Virus record (IMG/VR): IMGVR_UViG_3300028888_000006
Location: 34,614 to 98,613 of that record
Source of the DNA: a virus
Lineage: Duplodnaviria > Caudoviricetes
Length of the DNA: 64,000 bases
Direction: 5' to 3' (one strand)
The translations under genes were made by a program, and so were the position numbers. The notes under the pieces are model-generated. The model ran no database searches, was not told the DNA's origin, and worked only from the letters and a program-made list of their open reading frames with translations. Positions 38,359-47,852 of this stretch are shown one piece after another (the first letter of the stretch is position 1; every line of letters starts with the position of its first letter).

Positions 38359-39783
38359 TCAATGCGTCATAAGGGTGTCTATCTCCGTGCTCGTAATAGC
38401 GGCCAAGTTATCCGCACGCACAAACTCCGGGAGAGCCACCATCCCGTCCGACGGATTGTAGGTGTCCTCGCCGACGGATACTCCAGTCACAGTGCCCAAG
38501 TTTTTCGTGAAGCCCCACCCGGCAACAGTCGCCTCATTCGGAATATTTGCGTCTGTCCATAACCGAATCCGCGTCCCGTCGTGATAGTAAATCGGATGGT
38601 CGAACATTAACGCAATGTTCGTCGCGCTATATGTTATGCCCAAGAAGATGTATATCTTCCCGTCGGCGGAGGAAGGTAGCGTCTGCACATACGGCGTATC
38701 CGCGTCAATGATAGCACTACCATCTGATTGTGGTGCGCATTTGAGGTATATTGGTGCAGGGAAAGTCAAGACCAGTGCCGCTCCGGTCCTATTGAACGAA
38801 TAGCCGAGTGATAATTCGTATTGCCGCCAAATATTAGTAGAACCGGGCTCGGCTCCGGCGGCGACAACCGTAGTTGTATAGTAGTACGCAATCTCCCCAA
38901 ACGGATTGAAAGGAGTCTGATTTACTTCACGGAGTGCTGTCGCATTAGTAGAGGTGGACGTGTTTGCTGGAATCCACTTTGTCCCGTCCATAGATGTAAA
39001 GACCATCCGATACCGATACATTTGCGCGTCCATTACCTTATTATCGGATGGAGTGCGGACATAATAAGCAATGGTATTGGTGTTCGCATCGCCGGAGTGC
39101 GTTTCTCCTTGGGTGGTCGCGTTGTAGTTGCCAATGGCCGAGTGCGTAGTACCCGCAACATAGCCGGGAATGACGGTAGAGGAAACCGTGTTGCAAGTCT
39201 CTGGCCATACGATAGTGCAGTTGTCCTCTACAAGAATCTCGACATCAAAGGTACGCCCATAACCACTTACGGTACAATCCCTCGAATATGAGGTCTCGTT
39301 GCTATAATAGTTGAAGCCGATGATATGGCCCATCGTCTTGTATGCGGTCAAGCATCGCATCAAGGAATTGTAATAGGTCGTCCGATACGAGGTGTTGCCA
39401 ATGAAGTTTTTGCAAGAATACGCCAACAAAGCCTCGTGGAAGAACGAGTACATACACTCATGTTTCGAGTAGTACAAGTCCTCATGCCCGTCCACGTAGA
39501 CGCGTAGACGATAGACAACGATGACGGGTTCATCCCAATCCGTAGGAACAACCCGGAATAACGGGAACAAGGTGTTGTAGTTCGAGGTTGTCGCAAGGAC
39601 ATTCGCGTATGTGTGTGTCTCAATCGGGGCAATCTTATCGGTCCTCAAAGACGCGAAAACACCGCCACTCGTCACAACATTCCCGCTCCCGGAAGTAGGG
39701 GTGGTGTCCACCCCCGAAATCCGCGAGTCTTTGATGTTTACCTCCGTGTTGCCCGGAAGTCTTATTTTCGATACATCCGGCAT
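38359..39783 (-). CDS. Fibre segment
   Basis: MPDVSKIRLPG start; VDTTPTSGSGNVVTSGGV; ends AITSTEID. Confidence 0.7.
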   Translation of the reverse strand: MPDVSKIRLPGNTEVNIKDSRISGVDTTPTSGSGNVVTSGGVFASLRTDKIAPIETHTYANVLATTSNYNTLFPLFRVVPTDWDEPVIVVYRLRVYVDGHEDLYYSKHECMYSFFHEALLAYSCKNFIGNTSYRTTYYNSLMRCLTAYKTMGHIIGFNYYSNETSYSRDCTVSGYGRTFDVEILVEDNCTIVWPETCNTVSSTVIPGYVAGTTHSAIGNYNATTQGETHSGDANTNTIAYYVRTPSDNKVMDAQMYRYRMVFTSMDGTKWIPANTSTSTNATALREVNQTPFNPFGEIAYYYTTTVVAAGAEPGSTNIWRQYELSLGYSFNRTGAALVLTFPAPIYLKCAPQSDGSAIIDADTPYVQTLPSSADGKIYIFLGITYSATNIALMFDHPIYYHDGTRIRLWTDANIPNEATVAGWGFTKNLGTVTGVSVGEDTYNPSDGMVALPEFVRADNLAAITSTEIDTLMTH

Positions 39784-39795
39784 AGCCTATGATGA

Positions 39796-40941
39796 TTAGG
39801 AGGTAGTAACAGAGAGGTCGTCGTACTTGGCAACCTTCACCTTGTCGTTCGTGCCAACGGTGATGGTTTGTGCGGCGGCAGTAGCCGTTCCAACACCAGT
39901 GACAGCAGTAACCTCATCTTTGTTGTTTGCCGTAGTTGAAGCGGAAGTGATTCCGGTAGCGACAGAGATGACTCCGGTGCCAGCCGTCGCGCCAGTAGCA
40001 AGGGCTATCGTGGGCTGGGTGGTAACCTTGACCCCAGTAAGGCAGTTGGAGGTCGTTGGAGTACCAAGAGCGGTAATTGCGGCGGCGGAATCGCCAATCG
40101 TCACATCAGTAACAACGGCTGCTCCAGTGCCAGAGGTCGTAGCGGCGCCAGTGGCGACGGTCTTAGCGGTGCCGAGAGTGACCTTAGATGCAGACAGGGC
40201 GGTTCCAAGAGTTGGAGCCGTACTATTTGCGCCAGAAATGATCAAAGTTTCGGCGTCTGTTCCAGAGCCCATCGCGAACGACCATGTAGACGCGGTACCG
40301 GCGCTCGTAACATTCGGGATCGTGACACTCGTATTGCCGGTCACATTTGGTACGGTGGTCGTGACAAGTTTTTTGGTCGTGTCAGCGCTGACGGATTTCA
40401 CGAAAGTCTGTGTCGTGTGCTCGCCAAAACCGGTGATCGCAGCAGCAGTACCGTTTGCTCCAACAGCAGCGCCAGAAGCCGTAGCCTTTATGTTCGTTGT
40501 CGTCGGAGTTACAGTGGTCGTAAAAGTCGCAGACGATCCGAGAGCCTTCTTGGTTGAACCACCGGAGAAGGAAACCGAGGATGCGGCGGCGGTAAACGTC
40601 GTGGCCTCGCCAAGAACATTGTCGCCGGTTCCCTTATTCAGCGAAACCGTGCTCTTATAAGCGAGTGCGCCAAGAGTGGAAAGATCGCCGAACTCGATCC
40701 ATTTTGCACCATCCCAAATGAATTCCGCATTGCCATATACGACGATGTTTCCCTTTTCCTGGTTAACATTTTCGCTATCAATGACAACCGGCTTCGTCGT
40801 GGTGCCATCAGTGATTACAGTCGTAGTCAGGCCAAGAAAATACTGCCCGCCCTGAAGCTGCGCGATAAGTTCTCTCGCTCCAGCATCTTTGATGTCGTAA
40901 GTATTACCCGAAGGCAATGTGATTTTGCTAATGTCTGGCAT
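39796..40941 (-). CDS. Thr/Ala/Gly-rich fibre segment
   Basis: MPDISKITLPSG start; EFIWDGAKWIEFG; low complexity. Confidence 0.7.
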   Translation of the reverse strand: MPDISKITLPSGNTYDIKDAGARELIAQLQGGQYFLGLTTTVITDGTTTKPVVIDSENVNQEKGNIVVYGNAEFIWDGAKWIEFGDLSTLGALAYKSTVSLNKGTGDNVLGEATTFTAAASSVSFSGGSTKKALGSSATFTTTVTPTTTNIKATASGAAVGANGTAAAITGFGEHTTQTFVKSVSADTTKKLVTTTVPNVTGNTSVTIPNVTSAGTASTWSFAMGSGTDAETLIISGANSTAPTLGTALSASKVTLGTAKTVATGAATTSGTGAAVVTDVTIGDSAAAITALGTPTTSNCLTGVKVTTQPTIALATGATAGTGVISVATGITSASTTANNKDEVTAVTGVGTATAAAQTITVGTNDKVKVAKYDDLSVTTS

Positions 40942-40949
40942 AATGTATC

Positions 40950-41417
40950 TTAATTTCTGTTAAATATCAATGATTCACCAACAACCTCCTGCGAGTCCGT
41001 CACGTTCAGCTTATTGTTCCAGAACAGTCGTTCAGCCTGAGTAATATGCACGACTCTGTCATTGATGTGGTCCCACAATGCATCAGACTGGGAATCCGTA
41101 AGGAATATCAGGTCCTGAACATAGGCATTTCCGGTTCCAATCTTTATTCCAGGAACGAGCTTTTGCCTACCGTCAATCGTAATTTTCCTATAATCGGAGT
41201 ATATGATCAGCTCGCCTTCTTTCGGTATGTAGCCAATCTGATCATTCCAGTATCGCGTCGTGTTATAATGGATTCCGAGCGCATCAAGTTTAGACTTGTC
41301 TCCAGAACTCATCAAACCGTCCACAAGCGGAGTGGCAAGACTTAACTGTTCTATCTTATTAAGCAGTGCCGAAACATCGTCGCCGGTTCGCTGTATTTCG
41401 TATTGACAGTTATTCAT
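40950..41417 (-). CDS. Fibre segment (hyaluronidase-N-like motif)
   Basis: IPKEGELIIY...KIGTG...DL; HITQAERLFWN. Confidence 0.6.
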   Translation of the reverse strand: MNNCQYEIQRTGDDVSALLNKIEQLSLATPLVDGLMSSGDKSKLDALGIHYNTTRYWNDQIGYIPKEGELIIYSDYRKITIDGRQKLVPGIKIGTGNAYVQDLIFLTDSQSDALWDHINDRVVHITQAERLFWNNKLNVTDSQEVVGESLIFNRN

Positions 41418-41749
41418 CCTTTCTGAACCTTAACAAAACAGCCATCAAGCGTAATGACGTATCCGTCAAGAACACGCAGATAACACTCGGTATTCAAACC
41501 CGTCATGCAGATAAGTCCGATGTCTATTTTGGGCTTGGAGCACGCAAATCCAACAGATGCTTCAAACGAATCGTTCACTGCGATGACGGAACAAATCAGA
41601 TTGTTCAGGCATCTCACGATTGCCGCCATGCACTTGCAGGCCTTCTTCTTAAGAAGCGCAAGAGAGAAGGATAAATCATTCCCGCATGTTACGGAAACAT
41701 TATCATGCCCAGATATTGGGACGATATTTACCTTCAGGCAGCCCATCAC
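41414..41749 (-). CDS. Hypothetical structural protein
   Basis: Cys-rich; overlapping start/stop with neighbours. Confidence 0.55.
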   Translation of the reverse strand: MMGCLKVNIVPISGHDNVSVTCGNDLSFSLALLKKKACKCMAAIVRCLNNLICSVIAVNDSFEASVGFACSKPKIDIGLICMTGLNTECYLRVLDGYVITLDGCFVKVQKG

Positions 41750-42072
41750 ATTATCTTTTTCAGATATTTCAGGTTTCTAACAGCTATTTCTTTTCTGTAT
41801 CCGGATTCGAAGTCGGAGTCCGGGACGAAAGCCGTGACAACGATTTTCATCATGCCAGACTTGAGGCCTTCGGTTGGGACGGGCAGATAGAACTTCCCAT
41901 CACTGCTTATAACGTCGTCCTGCGTAAACGATATCTTGGAATCACCGCAATAGAAATCAATATTGTACCTGTCCGTATTCTGATCGAACCCGGTCGCGGA
42001 AACTTCTATTTGAAACTTGAGGTCCGAGCCCTCGTAATAACCTTCATCTACCATATCTATCCATCTTTCCAA
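41746..42072 (-). CDS. Small beta-sandwich structural protein
   Basis: GSDLKF...VPDSDFESGYRKEI. Confidence 0.6.
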   Translation of the reverse strand: MERWIDMVDEGYYEGSDLKFQIEVSATGFDQNTDRYNIDFYCGDSKISFTQDDVISSDGKFYLPVPTEGLKSGMMKIVVTAFVPDSDFESGYRKEIAVRNLKYLKKIM

Positions 42073-42248
42073 TAATCATTGTTCAACCACGGCTTCGTAT
42101 TGTCCCAAATGCCACCGCCATAACAGGAGCGGATCCATGTCCATATTATCCGCGAGCCCTTCCTTATTTCGAGAAAGACCCTTTTCACGAATGCGGATAC
42201 CGGCCTTATAATGGCGACAATCTTCTTTGTTCCACCAGGATATATCAT
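42057..42248 (-). CDS. 63-aa Trp-rich adaptor peptide (copy 1)
   Basis: IRSCYGGGIWDNTKPWLNNDYWK. Confidence 0.7.
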   Translation of the reverse strand: MIYPGGTKKIVAIIRPVSAFVKRVFLEIRKGSRIIWTWIRSCYGGGIWDNTKPWLNNDYWKDG

Positions 42249-43174
42249 ACCGGCCTATCCTCATATGTGATATAATATTTGTTGGCATCAAATATCGTGA
42301 TCCGGTCCATGTCTTCTTCCGTACAAAACACAAGAGAATCTTTTCTGATGTAATCGTCAAGACTCATCTCCGTAGTTCCGACCTGCAACCACTCGTAATT
42401 GAGTCCATCATATTGCGTTATGTAACGGTTGTATTCATTCGTATTGCCGACCTGAACGAAATATACCGCATCCAATGTGAGCGAAGATGGCTCTGGAAGC
42501 GTAGCGACAACTACCTGTCTTGGATTGTCAATGCCAGGATCACCACGCTCTCCCTTCAGACCGGAAAACGATATGGATAATCTCCCGTCAAGCAACTCGG
42601 TCGTAGCTGTCGGATTACCAGTCGTCCTGTCTGCGGAAACAACCACCTCATCTACACCAGCGGGGCCTCTTTCTCCGGTGTCTCCCTTGTCCCCCTTATC
42701 GCCCTTGTCACCTTTTTCGCCTCGATCGCCCTTGTCACCCTTGTCGCCTTTAGGGCCGATATCTCCCTGAAATCCCCTCGGGCCCCGCGCACCAGTCTGG
42801 CCAACATCACCGGTTTCTCCCTTGTCGCCACGATCGCCTTTATCTCCTTTTTCACCGCGCTCTCCGGTTTCGCCCTTATCGCCTTTCTCGCCCTTATCAC
42901 CCTTCACAAACCTGTCCGCGATGGAAACTATTGCCTTGTACGCTTCCATCGAGTTGGTATAAGACTCGGAGAGCAGACCGAACATGCACGAGCCGTGAAC
43001 GCCCAGATCCCTGCATTCCACAAGAACATATCTCTTCCCGTCTGAGCCATTCCTATTTCCGGAATTCTTCAGATACTGGAACGCCGCCCTCTCGTTCTCG
43101 GCAGAAACAAGGGCCAGACCGGATTCTGCTCCGACCGTGAACGAGATGACGTATAAGTGAAATGCCTCTGACAT
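42245..43174 (-). CDS. Collagen-like fibre protein
   Basis: Long G-D/E-K repeat run at about 42660-42905. Confidence 0.8.
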   Translation of the reverse strand: MSEAFHLYVISFTVGAESGLALVSAENERAAFQYLKNSGNRNGSDGKRYVLVECRDLGVHGSCMFGLLSESYTNSMEAYKAIVSIADRFVKGDKGEKGDKGETGERGEKGDKGDRGDKGETGDVGQTGARGPRGFQGDIGPKGDKGDKGDRGEKGDKGDKGDKGDTGERGPAGVDEVVVSADRTTGNPTATTELLDGRLSISFSGLKGERGDPGIDNPRQVVVATLPEPSSLTLDAVYFVQVGNTNEYNRYITQYDGLNYEWLQVGTTEMSLDDYIRKDSLVFCTEEDMDRITIFDANKYYITYEDRPV

Positions 43175-43197
43175 AATTCCCTTTCGTTATACACGGA

Positions 43198-43205
43198 CAA
43201 ACTTA
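43198..43205 (-). promoter_or_regulatory. TAAGTTTG promoter element for the fibre cluster
   Basis: TAnnTTTG match about 24 nt upstream of the ATG. Confidence 0.55.
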
Positions 43206-43269
43206 ACAAAAGTCTCCGCCGATATGACGAAGACAAGTGGTTTAGTTATAGGAGAAAAGGATTTGTGTT

Positions 43270-45642
43270 TTACTTCCTTATCTTAGATATGGCCTCTCGT
43301 ATCTGCTCCGGAGAATATCGCTGAAGTAAACCACCATCCGCATGCCATTTGGCGGCATTCCGTGCAAAATTGGCTTTCTTTACCATGGCGGGAGAGTAAT
43401 TCTCCTTGTTTGCAAGCACATGAGATGCGAATGCCTGGACGGATTTTCCGTGTTTCTTTGCTGCGGCAGTGAATGTGCCCCGTTTCGAAGGGGCAATATG
43501 AATAGAACCGCCATCTTTACGGAAGATAGGATATTCATTCTCGAGCGTATCGAGCTCCTCGAGAAGAACCTTGTTTCGTCCAAGTTCCTTTCCGCCGGAA
43601 TATCTCTTGTAATTCTTCCGGATAAGGTCGAGATTCCCGGAATGGAAACCCTCCATCAGCTTCGGAAACTTCGCAAGCCCGGGATTGTACGAGTAATCCA
43701 CCAGGATACTCTGAGACTTATCGCTCAATTTATCCCATTCACCTTCGCCATACTTCCCGTCATAAACTCTCTTGGCCGCATTATAATATCTCTGTGCAAG
43801 CGTATCGGCGAATTGCGCAGCCTGCTCGTCCGTCAAGTATCCCTGCTTCAAAGCAAGCGCCGCTTCCGGTGTACCATTAGACAACTTGATACCATAGGCA
43901 ATCGTGTCCGCCCCGCCTTCTATGGATTTATGCGGATACCATCTCCCGGTCTTCGCATCCCATCCTCCACTTGCGCTCGCCTTTGAATTCTCAACCGCCA
44001 TTATTCTTCTCGCGGCATCTTTCACCGGATCCAGCATGGAAACCGGAGATTCTTCCGGCAAAGATACGCCATATCCGGCGGCGGGAACTTCAACAACAGC
44101 CTCTCTCGGGGCGGGGACAGGATAATCTACAATCATCCCGGTACTGGCCGGAGCCTGATAATCGCCAAAGTCAGGCTGAGGACGGAAACGCAAAGGAGTT
44201 TCTATGGGATAATTGATGGGCATCATCGGCTGATACATCAGCGGAGATTCGTTCTGTAAATTCGTGCGGAAGAATTTACCGCCGTCGGGATACTTCTTGC
44301 CGCCACAAGCCAGATATCTTCCGTCACTAAGGTCAAAAGTATATGTCTGCTCAGGATGTACAGCCTTCGGAACACCACCACGCGTGTGACTCCAGATAAC
44401 ATCACTCACACCGGGCCCATCGCTAATATTCCTCAACAATAATCCTTTCGGAGCACCCTCCATTTCCTTTAGCGCCGTAGCAATTTGGTCTGTGGTAAGA
44501 AATCGCCCCTCAAGACCCGGCATTTCACGGCCAAGGTATTTATGACTCTCCATATTTGCTTTATTATATAACTCGGAATACTTTTCGTAGTTAGCATCAT
44601 CTCCGAAATCATAATAATGACGAGCCTTTGAAATTAAATCCTTTACACGTTTCTGAGCTTCAGCATATTTATCCGGATCATTCGTTATCCAATTCCATTT
44701 TGCCCCGCCAAAATCACCAGCATCTACAATCTCTCCCTTCGGAGTAATCAACGTCAACAATCCCGGACTTCCATCAGGAGATTTTGCCCTGCCCGTATAA
44801 TACTCCGCCCTTATCTTGTCGCCACCATATATCGAAGGATAACCCGAATGAACATCTCTCCAATCGCGGCCAAGTCTCATTCCTTCCGTCGGGTCAAGAC
44901 CACGATACCAAAAATCAACACCATTCGGATACGCCCTTCTAAATTCGTCCAAACGCATAGACGCCGCGAACTCGTCAGGAATAACGAGCTTATCTCCAAA
45001 CAAATCTACCTGATTCGTCTCAAGCGGTGCGTCAATCCCGGAATTTGCGCGGTCTATCAACCTGCCTATCTGTATTCTTTTCGGCTCTATTACTCGAGAA
45101 ACGACATTTCTTCCACTCGAATAGTAATTATTACCCGGAGAAAGAATCTTAGCGTAATCAGACAAATCAATCGCATCGGACCCAAGACGGAACGCATCGC
45201 GAGCCCTACCAGCTAACCTACTCGCTGCGTTAGCCCCAAATCCAATAAGCCCGGCAAGAGCAGCATCTCGAATAACCTTTCCATAATTTCCATTCGCGGC
45301 ATCAGCCCCCATGTGGCCTAGCCAATTAATAGCCCCAACGGGGCCAGGAATAAATCCGGATACAGTATCAACGGTATCGAAAATATTCTTCCCGGCAGAA
45401 GAAATCGCGCCCGTGACTCCAGTCTCCATCTCTTTCTTCGCAACCCCGTCAGGAAGAAACCTACGATCTATCCCGCTCCTTACATCGTCGCCCTCGTTAT
45501 AGTATAACGAACGAAAATCATCAGGCGCATTTTTCCTTAACCATTTTCTCGCAGCAGCAGCCCCGGCATTATCTGCCCATAATCCGCCCGGATGACTAAC
45601 CGCCCACTCGATGATTCTGTTTTTGTAATCTTGCTCAGGCAT
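43270..45642 (-). CDS. Multi-domain putative virion cargo protein (pre-toxin-like, ART-like, lysozyme-like, xGG motifs)
   Basis: See finding; lysozyme-like EN..W.PHKSIEGG..TIAYG.K...DYSYN.G; C-terminal GGSIHI...KKANFARNA.KW. Confidence 0.7.
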   Translation of the reverse strand: MPEQDYKNRIIEWAVSHPGGLWADNAGAAAARKWLRKNAPDDFRSLYYNEGDDVRSGIDRRFLPDGVAKKEMETGVTGAISSAGKNIFDTVDTVSGFIPGPVGAINWLGHMGADAANGNYGKVIRDAALAGLIGFGANAASRLAGRARDAFRLGSDAIDLSDYAKILSPGNNYYSSGRNVVSRVIEPKRIQIGRLIDRANSGIDAPLETNQVDLFGDKLVIPDEFAASMRLDEFRRAYPNGVDFWYRGLDPTEGMRLGRDWRDVHSGYPSIYGGDKIRAEYYTGRAKSPDGSPGLLTLITPKGEIVDAGDFGGAKWNWITNDPDKYAEAQKRVKDLISKARHYYDFGDDANYEKYSELYNKANMESHKYLGREMPGLEGRFLTTDQIATALKEMEGAPKGLLLRNISDGPGVSDVIWSHTRGGVPKAVHPEQTYTFDLSDGRYLACGGKKYPDGGKFFRTNLQNESPLMYQPMMPINYPIETPLRFRPQPDFGDYQAPASTGMIVDYPVPAPREAVVEVPAAGYGVSLPEESPVSMLDPVKDAARRIMAVENSKASASGGWDAKTGRWYPHKSIEGGADTIAYGIKLSNGTPEAALALKQGYLTDEQAAQFADTLAQRYYNAAKRVYDGKYGEGEWDKLSDKSQSILVDYSYNPGLAKFPKLMEGFHSGNLDLIRKNYKRYSGGKELGRNKVLLEELDTLENEYPIFRKDGGSIHIAPSKRGTFTAAAKKHGKSVQAFASHVLANKENYSPAMVKKANFARNAAKWHADGGLLQRYSPEQIREAISKIRK

Positions 45643-45726
45643 AACTCTTCAATTATGCCGCAAGAATACGAAAAATTCCGGCTACAAGAACCGGAATAAA
45701 CATTATCATTATCAGCCAAAATAAAT

Positions 45727-46158
45727 CTATTTATCACCCTGGCTTACAGACAGATCTACCCCAAGCGTCTCGACAAACAATTTCACCCATACGGGCTTTG
45801 AATCTCCAGCGCGATAACGAATAATCGCATCGTTTCCGCGTAATTCATCAGCACGAACATATCCAACAAGCGGATCAATGAAATGCTTCACATGCGAATA
45901 CTCGGTCGCAGAATAAACAACCATGACTCCAGTCTTCGCAATGCAAACAAAAGACAAATCTTCGCCAGATTCGCGAAGAATATCACTCAGCTTATAATCT
46001 AAAAACCCATCGCCAAACGCGACAGGGCGTATTGACGCAGGCTTAAGCAAAACAACATCTTCCATATCACAAATATAATCATTTTCAATAAAATACCCGC
46101 CACCTTCTTTTAGAAATTGGCGATATCCACCACCTTCTGAATTGAAAAAATTTTTCAT
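45727..46158 (-). CDS. Hypothetical protein
   Basis: ORF just left of the divergence point. Confidence 0.55.
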   Translation of the reverse strand: MKNFFNSEGGGYRQFLKEGGGYFIENDYICDMEDVVLLKPASIRPVAFGDGFLDYKLSDILRESGEDLSFVCIAKTGVMVVYSATEYSHVKHFIDPLVGYVRADELRGNDAIIRYRAGDSKPVWVKLFVETLGVDLSVSQGDK

Positions 46159-46290
46159 CCCCCCAGCGATAAGCGACAAATGGCCAAAACACGAAATATG
46201 TGTTTATGCGAGAGGTACACCTCTCCTACCCCCACCCCCAACTCGTAGGTGGGGAGGTACCCCGCCAGTAACTTTTAATCTCTAAACACC

Positions 46291-46707
46291 ATGCCTAGTA
46301 TCAACATCAACCAGGATCAGTTCGTCGACTACAGCCTCTTCGAGTATCTCAGACTCTGTGGCATCCCTCAGTTCAATGTCTCCACCAAGACGGTCAATGT
46401 GGGGGAAGAGAAAGTCGTTCTCCTTCACATCGAGGGTTATCAGCCTTCCGAGGCCAAGTTCGTCAACTTCGATATGTGGCCTCGTAACGAAGCCACCGAA
46501 GACGACATCAAGGCTCTGCCCGAGAAGTTCGGCGATGTCAAGTTCCGTGTCGGTTACTTCGTCCACACCGACCTCGAAACCGGCGAGAAGAAGGTCATCG
46601 AAGGCAAGCCGAAGTGGATTGGCTACAGCCGTCCCGGTAAGGGTCTTGTCGGCGAGAACAGCGAGTGCATCATGTTCTCCGGCGAGAAGCGGGAATATCA
46701 GGGCTAA
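46291..46707 (+). CDS. Hypothetical protein (first rightward gene)
   Basis: Strong codon bias; followed by terminator. Confidence 0.75.
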   Translation: MPSININQDQFVDYSLFEYLRLCGIPQFNVSTKTVNVGEEKVVLLHIEGYQPSEAKFVNFDMWPRNEATEDDIKALPEKFGDVKFRVGYFVHTDLETGEKKVIEGKPKWIGYSRPGKGLVGENSECIMFSGEKREYQG

Positions 46708-46713
46708 TCGCCC

Positions 46714-46739
46714 AGCCCCTTCGGGGGCTTTCCTGTTTT
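46714..46739 (+). terminator. Intrinsic terminator
   Basis: agcccc-TTCG-ggggct hairpin plus T-rich tail. Confidence 0.8.
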
Positions 46740-46886
46740 GGCTGATCTGACCCAACACGCCGGTCTTGTCATCTGATCCAACACGATGGCTGGACCGGTT
46801 TCTCTCGCGCGTGCGTATTAGGATCCTAATCATTCATAGGATCCTGCTTCTTTATTTGTTCCTTGTAATTCTTTTCTCTTTGTACC

Positions 46887-47000
46887 ATGGAAAACTCTGT
46901 TCCCGTTTCTCCTCTCTCTCTCATCATCCTTCAGAATGGTTATGTTCTGAATCCGTATGAGGAGATGGATGAAGATCTCCTTCGCGAGTTGGCTGATTAA
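46887..47000 (+). CDS. 37-aa peptide
   Basis: Hand-translated MENSVPVSPLSLIILQNGYVLNPYEEMDEDLLRELAD. Confidence 0.35.
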   Translation: MENSVPVSPLSLIILQNGYVLNPYEEMDEDLLRELAD

Positions 47001-47229
47001 TTATCGGTGTTCAAGCGAGAGGGTATCCCACTTCCTCCTTTTGCCTTCGTTTTTCTCTCTTTGCCGCCATAATCATTTCCCCGAGATTTTCACTCTTTCT
47101 CGGGGATTTGATTTCTGGTGGTTCCCTTCCCCTTGACCCTATCCTTCCTTATCATTAAGATTTTCTTATTATAGTCTTTCTTATTTATTACTCCTAAAAG
47201 AAAGAAATATATAAAGAAAGAAAAGGGTT

Positions 47230-47540
47230 CAAGGAGAGACTCGACTATGCGAGTATAAACAGGCCATCAGGCATAGTGCGTTCGATAAGATATCGAGGTT
47301 AGCATCACAGGCTATGGGTTTCATTTTGGCGAATGAGATTCATATTCGGCTCCCTTCGTAAGCCGCCGGTACGAGTACAGGGAGAGTGAGGCGGGTACCA
47401 GCTATAGTTTCATAGTCTCGGCTGGAAGGATTTACCAGTTTCTTTGTTAGTAAACTGGGAGGCTAAAGGCAGTCGGGCGTCGCCAAACGCCCGTACAAGT
47501 ATCTGCTATCGGGAGGTGAACGACTATTCCTCCCTTTTTC
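47230..47540 (+). ncRNA. Candidate structured non-coding RNA
   Basis: At least seven hairpins, possible pseudoknot, terminal hairpin plus U tract; no good ORF. Confidence 0.5.
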
Positions 47541-47564
47541 TTCGCAAATTAAAACTACAATCAT

Positions 47565-47825
47565 ATGACAGAAAGAGTGCAACACCTTGTCGAGTTCTTC
47601 AAGGAGAACAGACAGTATGTTCCGGGTTGCGGGATTTTTGATTGTCGCAATATAGTTGGAGATCCGATGACGACAATCTATGACGAGCCTGCGGATGGAG
47701 TCGTTGTGGATGCCTGCTATGAGTATGGCTACATTGAAATATTCGGGCTTACCGACGACGAATTCGCCGATGCGTGTCGTGCAATCGACGCAATGTATGT
47801 TTCTCCTTGGGAGGACGAAGAGTAA
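47565..47825 (+). CDS. Hypothetical protein
   Basis: FDCRNIVGD.M.TIY...Y.YIEIFGLT..EF. Confidence 0.7.
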   Translation: MTERVQHLVEFFKENRQYVPGCGIFDCRNIVGDPMTTIYDEPADGVVVDACYEYGYIEIFGLTDDEFADACRAIDAMYVSPWEDEE

Positions 47826-47852
47826 ACCATTAACCAATAACATAGTACGCGT

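Noticed and set aside
42660-42905. Tandem DNA repeat element
   Set aside because: Explained by collagen Gly-X-Y coding; likewise the CAG/CTG runs near 18300 encode portal poly-Q.
31402-43174. Diversity-generating retroelement or invertible fibre cassette
   Set aside because: No reverse transcriptase, invertase, adenine-variant template repeat or inverted gene copies seen in this window.
46708-47560. CRISPR or mini-array in the intergenic region
   Set aside because: No regularly spaced direct repeats.
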